Source: Candidatus Mycoplasma haematolamae str. Purdue
GTDB taxonomy: Bacteria > Bacillota_I > Bacilli_A > Mycoplasmatales > Mycoplasmoidaceae
Assembly (NCBI GenBank): GCA_000281235.1
Contig: CP003731.1
Location: forward strand, 199,500 to 223,499
Direction: 5' to 3'
Length of the DNA stretch: 24,000 nt
The position numbers and the translations under genes are program-made. The notes below the pieces were generated by a model, which worked only from the letters and a program-made list of their open reading frames with translations, was not told the DNA's origin and searched no databases. This document shows, piece by piece, positions 1 to 8,134 of this stretch. Positions within the stretch are counted from its first letter, which is position 1; each line of letters opens with the position of its first letter.

Positions 1-806
1 AGAATCAACCTTTTATAGAACGACTATCTCTTCAGTTAGACGAATCAAAGTATTTTTGCGTAGTGGGCCATAACGGTTCTGGCAAAAGCACCTTTTCTAA
101 GCTCTTAACAGGTTTACTGAAGCCTGATGCTGGTGTCATCAAGGTATTCGGCCAACCTATCTCTAGGATTAGCTATCAACAGATCTTTTCCTACTTGGGA
201 GTTGTCTTCCAAAATCCTGACAGTCAGTTTATTACCTCTTCTATAGAGGAAGAATTGGCTTTTGGTCTTGAGAACAAGAAGGTGCCTCCTAATCAGATGA
301 AACAGATAGTTGAAAGACTAATAGATGCATTAGAGCTCAAAGAGTTAAGGGATAAGTCTCCTTCTACCCTTTCAGGAGGTCAGAAGCAAAAGGTAGCTAT
401 AGCTTCTGTATTAGCCTTTAATCCTTCGTTGTTCTTGTTTGACGAATCTAGCTCTATGTTGTCTCCTATAGAAAAGATAGAGATAGTCCAGTTGATGAAG
501 AAGTTAGTGGTTGATCATAAAAAAACAGTGATTTCGATTACCCACGATATGGAAGAACTCCTTTTGGCTGATGAGATCATCATATTCTCTCGAGGGAAGA
601 TCGTAGGTCACCTAAAGAGTCCTGCTGAGCTATTTGAGCTTCCTTTTTCCTTCTTTTATGACTTGTCTTTAAATCCTCCTTTTGCCTCCCAACTGTCTAA
701 GTTGTTGAGGGATAAGTACTCTATAAACCTGCCTTTTTCTGGCTCTGAAGATGAACTTATCTCTAATTTGGGAAGACTACTCCCTAAGAAGGAAAGCCCT
801 AAATAG
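1..806 (+). CDS. ecfA: ABC transporter ATP-binding protein, energy-coupling-factor (EcfA/CbiO) type; 5' end lies outside the window
   Basis: Frame is open from nt 3 (..LSLQLDESKYFCVVGHNGSGKST). Walker A GHNGSGKST, FQNPDSQF, ABC signature LSGGQKQKVAIA, Walker B LFLFDES, H-loop ITHD. TAG stop 804-806. Confidence 0.85.
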   Translation, partial: NQPFIERLSLQLDESKYFCVVGHNGSGKSTFSKLLTGLLKPDAGVIKVFGQPISRISYQQIFSYLGVVFQNPDSQFITSSIEEELAFGLENKKVPPNQMKQIVERLIDALELKELRDKSPSTLSGGQKQKVAIASVLAFNPSLFLFDESSSMLSPIEKIEIVQLMKKLVVDHKKTVISITHDMEELLLADEIIIFSRGKIVGHLKSPAELFELPFSFFYDLSLNPPFASQLSKLLRDKYSINLPFSGSEDELISNLGRLLPKKESPK

Positions 807-830
807 GCTAATTTTTAAGGTATCTAGATA

Positions 831-1307
831 GTGGGCTTTCAAGAACTTAGAGACAGGTTTCTTGATTGCATTAGCTTTTACTGAAAAAGATGGGGCTTTT
901 GAAAAAAATTTCTCTGCATCTTCATACTGCTGTTTGTCCTGTTCGGCTCTTCTTGGGTAGCCTTAATCTCTCTCCCCTTAATCTCTGGGACCTATTTCTG
1001 TACGTGCATCGTCAAGAACATTATGGAAATCTCAGCTAATTGACGCTGAGGACCTCTACTCCCCAAGAGAAGGAATAGACCTTCATCTAACGTAGCTTCT
1101 CAAAGAGAATTAGGGTACTTGCAAGTAGGTCTAAATGGTTGAGGAAGTCTCGGTAAAGTGGCTAAGCAAATAGAGACCTATCCTGTTAGCGCATCTACAA
1201 ATATAGACGACTTTGGAGTAGAACTTTCAGATATAGAGTCACTAAAATCTTTTCTGGAATCAAATCAACTAGAGAAGGGACTGTCTTCTCTTTCAACTAA
1301 TAGTTAA
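831..1307 (+). CDS. hypothetical small membrane protein (about 158 aa, one predicted TM helix FLCIFILLFVLFGSSWVALISLPLI)
   Basis: Frame 0 has no TAA/TAG from GTG 831 to TAA 1305-1307 when TGA (882, 900, 1041, 1047, 1140) is read as Trp. Its stop overlaps the next ATG (TAATG at 1305-1309). No recognisable family; start codon uncertain. Confidence 0.5.
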
Positions 1308-4300
1308 TGCAGATAAATAGCAAGGACTTTCACAGAGAGTTATTCGACTGTCTTCAAACCTTCTTAAACGGAGATAGAAAGAAGAGAGTCTACTTAGTCT
1401 CTGAAGCTACTGTTTACTACCTTATCTCTTTTGGGTACTTCAAGAAGGCAGAGAAGTTTCCTAAGTTACAAGATACATGGTTGCTAGAGTGAAAGACTAA
1501 GTCTTCTGAGGCCAGGAGAGGTTATGCGAAGAGACTAGACGAGTATCTCTATGTTCTTGCTAAGGAAAAAGACTTCAAGGAGCCTTTAATCAACCTCGAC
1601 GCTCTAGAACTAGGAAAGCAGTATAAGACAACACAACTAGAGAAGGAGTTAGAGGTACTTAAGGGCATAGATGTAGATGATCTTGTTCCCTCAGAGGATG
1701 TTGAGTTCCCTGAAATCAAGAAAAGGGCTAAGACCAAGAAGGAGGTAAAGATAGTTGAGGAAGAAGATGAAGGAGAGTTAGAGGAAGTTGTAGTAACCCT
1801 AAAGAAGTCTAAGAAGGAACTTAAGTTAAAGGTTGCCGATTTAGAAGCTGAAGCTGCTCAACAAAAGTTTAAAGAAGAAAAAGAATCAGAAAAAAGTACA
1901 GACAGCTTAGAGGGGAAAGAGAAAGACAGTAAGTCAGAATCAGAAGATTCAAGTTCCAAGGAAGATCAGCAAACAACTAGCGAATCCAAAGAGACAACAG
2001 ATTCTGCAGCAGTTGATGAAAAGCTTAGAGAGATCTCTAGCAAGCTAGATAAGTTAGTTAAGGAGTTTCCTGCAGCTGAACGAAAGAAGGCAGAGGTAGT
2101 TGAAGAGTCTATTGCTCCTGCAGAAAGACAGGCTCAAGAAGTTTTTCAAGATGATGTCTCTGAATCTTCGCTAAGGCTCCAAAAAGAGTTCAAGGAGATC
2201 GAGTCAAAGACAGATGACAAGAGGCAGTTGTCGGCTCACTTTGAGTCACCAGAACAGTTATTTAGCAGAGAGTTTTTAGGAGGTCGACCAGAGAGAGGAA
2301 GAGAATTCTCTAGCGTTCTACTAGATAAGACGAGAGAGAGTGATAAGTCTGTCTTTGACTTCATTCCTTCACCTGAAAAGGACTACACCAGTTGACTGAA
2401 GAATATGCCTAAAGACAAAGCTAGGGCTAAGTTTTTTAATCCTCACTATCCCCTGTCGTCAGTTGTAGAACTAAATAATTCTCATCACTTTTGGGCCTTA
2501 ATCTCCCCCCAATACAACACTGTAGATGCTTTTGCGCTTCAACTTAAGGAGTTTTATAGGTCATTAAGTCCATTCAAACTAGATCAACTAATAGAGAAGC
2601 AAGAGACTACAGGAAGAGTCACTCTCTGAGAAGAATTAGGCAAACAATCTGGTTTAAGTAGCTATGACGGCTCTGAGAATAACTTCAAGAAACTGCTTGA
2701 TGAAAAGATAAAAGAGCTTAAGTCTAAGAACGATGATCTGACAAGATACCTGACTACTCTGAAAGAACAGCTACAGGCGGAAGGAAAGCAGCCAGAGTCG
2801 AATGTGATGTACCTACATTCAATGAAGGAAAAGAGACAGATTCTTACAGAGATAGAACATACATTCAAGGTATTGAGGGAATACTCAACCAAAATAGGAG
2901 AGTTTTCGGCAACCCATCAGGGATTTAAGGCTAATTTCTATATTTCTATCTTTGGGTCTGAAGCTATTCTCTCCCAATATGACTCCTTGATCTGTAGTTC
3001 CCTACTAGACCTAAATGATCAACTGAATGAGATTGTCTACTACCAAAAAGAGATCGAAAGAGTCCTCTTTGAAAGATTGAGTGCGTTACATAAAGCCAGA
3101 AAGGCAGAGATTAAGTTAGAGTTTCTCTCTTCAGATCAACAGTTTTCTAAGTTAGTACTTCGTAAGTTAACAGAGTCTCAACGAGAAGAGAGAAATAGGG
3201 AACTTAAGAGACTGGAGATTCAAGGTTCGTTAGAGCTATCTAAGGCCAATATACAAAAGCAAATAAATCAGGAGAAGGCAAAGCTCTCTAGGTACCTAGA
3301 AAAGCTAAATAAGACTCCCTATATTGCTGACTATGAGGAACAATCTAGAAGCCTTAGAGAGAAAAAAGCAGCCTTCAATCAAAAGGTTGAAGACTACAGG
3401 GAAGAAATTTATGCTCTGAAGCTACAAGTTGAGAGCGCTGAGAGACAGTATTCGTCCTTTATCTCTGACCTAAGAGAGAAGATCTTGGAGTTCCAAAAAG
3501 AAGTTAGCGTTGCTTACTCTGATCATCTTTCTCTGATGAACTCTTCTGTTAATCAAATCTGGACCGATTGAGCCAATCAAGGTATTGACTACATAGAGCG
3601 AATACTCTCTCGAAAGAAGAAGTTAGTGAAGGAGTTTTCAGAGATTGTTGTTCTGAAGTTGAAGACGATGTATGCGGCTCAAGATAAGTTGTTAGAGGAG
3701 TCTAGAAGGAGAAAGCAAGAATGAGAGAGAGTCTACAGAGAGATGGTTGATGAATTTAAGACACTAGGCTATTACCTCGTTAATCCTAAGCCTTCTGAGT
3801 ACTACTACAAGCACTTTCCTAAGCTGGATAAGTCCCACTTTGAGTTAAGTCCTGAGATAAAGAAGCTTCTGTACTATAGACCTTCTCTGAAGTACACAAC
3901 TCCTAAGGTCAATGAATTAATAGGGTTATCGCCCAAGATAGTCAATGACGAAGACTTTCTTGTATTGGACCAAGTTTGAACTACTTTAACACCTATTCAG
4001 GAGCACAAGTTAAGGGAGAAGATAGCCAGAGACAACAAGCTACAAGATCAAAAGAGAATCGATCAATTACTTCAGAAGGCTAAGGACGAGTTGCAGGTTC
4101 GACTAAGTGACAAGCACTATACCTTCAAGACCCTCATTATGGAGAAGAATTTTCCTCAAGAAGCTGATGAAGAGGAAAGATACAGGAGATTGAAGCAATT
4201 TGAGAAGGCACAGTTTCACAATTGGAAGGAGACTCACTTTACCTCCTCGGAGATGAGATACAAGTTCAACAATATGCTCACCAGCCTTGCAAAGAAAACA

Positions 4301-4942
4301 TTTACCTTAAAGGGAGTTGAGACTTGAGGAAATCAAATCAACATCAGCGATAAGGGGAAGATGCCAGACCCTGATCTTGTCGAGAAACTCTCCGAATGGG
4401 ACTACTTCATGAAGACCAAGGAGATACTTACGTTGATAGAGCCTTACTCTGTTTCTGCATTTAAGGTAGATGAAACAGAACTTTATGAGATTGAAGATGA
4501 AGGTTATCTATCTATTCTTGAGGCCCTAGAGGAGAGGGCTGATGCTAGGAGAAAAGATGAAAAACCTCTTAAGAAACCAACTATGCCTGCTCTTGAAGAT
4601 TGGGCAAAGCTAAACCTAAAGAGATATAGGGAGGAAAAGAAGAGGATTGACATCATTGAGGTAAAAGAAGGACTGCTAGCTCTAGAGAAGGAAATTGCTA
4701 CCCTACAGAAGGCTTCTGGTAACTACAAAGAAGCTTGTGATATCGAAATGGCTAGAAGAGAAACTCTATTTGCAGATATGCAGAAGGAACTCAGTGAGTT
4801 GCAGAATTACCTAGAATCTGAAGAAAGGGAATTAAATGAAATCTTTACGAAGTCATCAGACATGATCGAGATGAGTTTTGAAGAATTGGATAAAAAATTA
4901 GAAGAGAGAAGAAAGAGAGCAGAAGAATATAAGAGAAAATAG
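1307..4942 (+). CDS. large (1211 aa) Glu/Lys-rich coiled-coil protein of unknown function, with an acidic Ser/Glu-rich low-complexity segment around 1880-2010
   Basis: Six track fragments (1307, 2405, 2804, 3743, 4091, 4361) share one frame. I walked the gaps codon by codon and found only TGA (1490, 2393, 2627, 3569, 3722, 3977, 4325), no TAA/TAG, until TAG 4940-4942. Heptad-like E/K/L-rich sequence throughout. No TM segment or nucleotide-binding motif seen. Confidence 0.75.
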
Positions 4943-4947
4943 ATAGT

Positions 4948-5151
4948 ATGGGTAGTCGTTTAGATAGAGTTACAGGAAGAGCATCTATTACAGGTAATAA
5001 TCGTTCGAAAGCAATGAACGCTACCAAGAGAGCCTGAAATTTGAATATTCAAAACTTTCAACTAGTGTGTGCTCAAACAGGCCTTCCTTTTAGGGTTAGG
5101 ACCTCTGTAAAGACAGTTCGAACCTGAAAGAAACAGGGAAAGATTAAGTAG
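4948..5151 (+). CDS. rpmB: 50S ribosomal protein L28
   Basis: MGSRLDRVTGRASITGNNRSKAMNATKRAW*NLNIQ..VRTSVKTVRTW*KKQGKIK (W* = TGA). Matches the L28 pattern TG..(x)GNNxSxAxNxTKRxW. Missed by the track because of two in-frame TGA. TAG stop 5149-5151. Confidence 0.9.
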
Positions 5152-5155
5152 TTCT

Positions 5156-5764
5156 ATGTCTAGATATCTAGGACCTATGTACAAGAAGGCTAGACAGTAT
5201 GGATTCTCCTTTTATGAAGACGGAAGGGAATTTGCTAAGGGAAAGCAGCGAGACTATCCTCCAGGACAACACGGACCTACTAAGTTCAAAAAAACAAGCT
5301 TACACGGCGAACAACTTAGAGAAAAGCAAAAGATGGCCCTACTCTATGGTCTTAGAGAAAAGCAGATGAGAAGACTATTTTCGATTGCCCAAAAGATGGA
5401 AGGTTCTCTAGCCTTTAACTTCCTTCTCTTGTTGGAAAGTAAGTTAGATAACTTAGTCTATAGGGCTGGAATGGCTAACACTAGACGTGCAGCAAGACAG
5501 CTGGTGTCTCACGGTCACATTCTCCTCAATGGAAGAAAAGTAGATATACCTTCCTACATAGTCTCTCCTAATTCTGTGATTGAAGTAGCCAGAAAGAGTA
5601 TTAACTTACCTGTCGTTAACTACTACGAAAACTTTATCCCTCTACCCTTTATGGAACTAGAAACCAGATATAAAGCTAAGTATGTAAGACATCCTCTCAG
5701 ATCTGAGTTAAACCTAGACCTCAATGAGGTATCAGTAACTGAGTGGTATAAGAGATACACATAG
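5156..5764 (+). CDS. rpsD: 30S ribosomal protein S4
   Basis: MSRYLGPMYKKARQYG.., S4 RNA-binding domain LDNLVYRAGMANTRRAARQLVSHGHILLNGRKVDIPSY. Intact ORF in the track. Confidence 0.95.
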   Translation: MSRYLGPMYKKARQYGFSFYEDGREFAKGKQRDYPPGQHGPTKFKKTSLHGEQLREKQKMALLYGLREKQMRRLFSIAQKMEGSLAFNFLLLLESKLDNLVYRAGMANTRRAARQLVSHGHILLNGRKVDIPSYIVSPNSVIEVARKSINLPVVNYYENFIPLPFMELETRYKAKYVRHPLRSELNLDLNEVSVTEWYKRYT

Positions 5765-5811
5765 TTTTCAGTAGTCTTAAGTAGTTAACTAACCTCTTTC
5801 CCTTTCACTAG

Positions 5812-6732
5812 TTGGGCAATTTCCTCAGAGCGTTAAAGGTAGTATCCAATCTAGAGAAGATAGATCCTAATTCACCTATAGTTTTTTGCTTTTTACGAAT
5901 AGAAACTACAGGAACTGACTTAAGTAATGATGAGCTCTTAGAAATAGCTTTAGTTAAGTATTCAGCAGGTAAAGAAATAGATAGGTATCACAGTTACGTA
6001 AGGTCTATAAAAGACTTAAGTGATGAAGTTGTCGCCAGTATAGGTCTAGATCCTAAGAAGTGATCGAAGTACGCAAGAGACAAGCACTCAGTCTTAGAAG
6101 AAGTTAAGAATTTTTTCGGCAACAGTGTCTTGGTGGGTCATAATTCCCATCAGTTTGAGCTTCCCTTTCTGAATTCTGAGTATCTAAAACTAGAGAAGCC
6201 AGGACTGGAACTAGCTGTATTAGATACTCTTCTACTATCTAAAGCTTTAGAGGGAGGGAGAGAACTAGAAAACTTTGAACTCTCTTCTCTAGTCAAGAAG
6301 CTAGAGATAAGCGTTTGAAAGCTTAATAATGCTCCTGCAGAGCTCTACCTAAAGAACCTAATCAAACTCTGAAAGGTCTGAGAGTCTCAGTTAAGGTATT
6401 TAGAACTTGATCCTTATTCGTTAGAGTCTCTGAAGATCTTTAATACTTTTTCACTAAAAGGAGAGTTACTTAGGCAATTTAGGAGGACCTTTAAGAAGAT
6501 ACCTATCTTGTTTCTCTACTTTGAATCAGAAGACTTAATCAGAGGGTTACTTTCCTATAGATTCTGTCCCTTACTTACCTTAAAATGAAGGAAATCTATC
6601 CTGAGTAAGAGGGTCTTAAAACTCAGTAAATCTAAAGGAGACTATGATTTGAGGAAAATTCAACCTAAGTTAAGCTTTAAAGACAATTTTGCTATCCTAG
6701 ATATACCTTTTAAGGACCTAAACAACCAATAA
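5812..6732 (+). CDS. PolC-exonuclease-like protein, paralog 1 (306 aa), DEDDh catalytic residues substituted
   Basis: Track fragments 5812 and 6130 share a frame and join through TGA 6061 and 6316, plus later TGAs, to TAA 6730-6732. Strong similarity to the polC exonuclease segment at 9263-9960: KYSAGKEIDRYHSYV vs [25 protein letters not shown] vs [17 protein letters not shown] vs KIWKVWE, LDPY. Motifs read LRIETTG, GHNSHQFELPFL, NNAPAE instead of [25 protein letters not shown]. Confidence 0.75.
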
Positions 6733-6734
6733 AT

Positions 6735-7370
6735 ATGGCTGCAGAGGTAATTACTTCGCTAGAAAACCTTAATCTAAGTCAACCTGTTGTTTTTTGTATT
6801 GTTGACCTAGAAACTACAGGATTAGATCCCTATAAAGATGAGATAATAGAAATCTACATTCTTAAGTATCGGCAGTGAGGTCAGTTGGAGTGTTTTCACA
6901 GTTTTGTTAAGTGTCAAGGAGGGGTTAGTGAGCGCATTACCAAGATAAATGGGATTACCCAAGAGAAGTTAGATAAGGAAGGTAGAGAGCCTGCTGAGGT
7001 ATATGCAGAAGTTAGAGAGTTTTTGGTTGACACGGTTTTGATTGCCCACAACGGCAAGAGGTTTGACTTTCCCTTCCTGGAGGAGTCATTTAAGAAGGCA
7101 GGCATAGAACCTCCTACAAGTCCTCAGTTGGATTCAATGTTGTTGGCTAAGTATCTCATGCCTGGACTTAAATCCTATGCATTAGAAGCTCTATTGGAAG
7201 AGAACAACATTACCTACGAACGAAGAGAGCTTCACTCAGCTAGATATGATGCTTCTTGTCTAGCTAAGCTGTGAAAAGACTGAGAACAGAGGCTTATCAA
7301 TACAGGCTTAGATCCTTTTCTTGCAGAAGACCTTAAAAATTTGAACGAACACCTAGAAGAAAACTTTTAG
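6735..7370 (+). CDS. PolC/DnaQ-type DEDDh 3'-5' exonuclease, paralog 2 (211 aa), catalytic motifs intact
   Basis: ATG 6735, in-frame TGA at 6876, 7272, 7281, TAG 7368-7370. Exo I VDLETTG, Exo II AHNGKRFDFPFL, Exo III HSARYDA. C-terminal LAKLW*KDW*EQRLINTGLDPF matches the PolC linker. Confidence 0.8.
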
Positions 7371-7379
7371 CTTACCTAG

Positions 7380-8051
7380 ATAAGGGTCCAAGAGATTAGG
7401 GAACTCCTCTCCGTAGAGCTGCAAGGCTCTGAAGAAGTTGTCCTAATCGACATAGGTTCTGATAGAGGTCATCTAGGAATCGACCTACTTCAAAGAAAGT
7501 TAATTAAGTCAGTCTGAAACGTTGAGATTAGCGAAAAAGCAATAGAGTTTTCAAAGGAACTTTACATAGACAAGAAGCTAGACGAACCTGCTACCTTCAT
7601 TCACTCAGACGGCTTTAAGTCATTGCCTAAGTGCATCTACTCTTTGATCACTCCAGATGCTCTAGTAGTTGTTGTCTTAGCTGGCTTAGGTTCTGCCAAA
7701 ATTCTCTCTATTTTGAAGGAGATGCCACAAGATTGATATTCTAGCCAATTGAGGATCGTCTGTCTCCCTCATACGTGCCCCTTAAAGCTCATGGATTGGA
7801 TGAAGTCCCAGAGGGTGCCTCTAGTTAGAGAGAGATATTTCGAGGATAGGGGAAGAATCTATCCTGTCCTCTTGTTTTCTGCAGGTTTTACCTATTATCC
7901 TGATGAAGAGAATGAAGAGCTCTCTGAGCTTTCTAAAAAATATTGAGATAACTACGCTCGGTGATTAAAGAAGACTCCTCAGAGGGCATTAGATCCCTTA
8001 ACTAGTAGGTGATTGAGTGAATACACTCTGAACAAGGATACAGTTACCTAG
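7380..8051 (+). CDS. trmK: tRNA (adenine22-N1)-methyltransferase TrmK-like SAM-dependent methyltransferase; start codon apparently non-canonical
   Basis: VVLIDIGSDRGHLGIDLL, VVVLAGLGSAKILSIL, RIVCLPH and EDRGRIYPVLL align with B. subtilis TrmK (DIGSDHAYLP, ITIAGMGGALI, LILQPN, EEDGKCYEVLV). Frame is bounded upstream by TAG 7377-7379. No ATG/GTG/TTG lies before the conserved DIGSD, so the candidates are ATA 7380 or ATT 7395. TAG stop 8049-8051. Confidence 0.75.
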
Positions 8052-8134
8052 ACAATCTAAAGCTAGCTCTTTGGAGCTAGTGGTCTTTAGTACCTAATTA
8101 AGATAAGTTAGGGATTCTGAATATCTCAGATAGC

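Noticed and set aside
890-1039. 49-codon ATG ORF (MGLLKKISLHL..) in another frame of the 831-1307 region
   Set aside because: It is short and overlaps the longer table-4 ORF that carries a clean TM helix and is stop/start-coupled to the next gene.
1549-7105. Minus-strand ORFs 1549-1737, 2662-2892, 4845-5027 and 6914-7105
   Set aside because: They are antisense to the long coiled-coil ORF, to rpmB or to exonuclease paralog 2. They are low-complexity Ser/Leu-rich translations typical of the reverse strand of E/K-rich genes.
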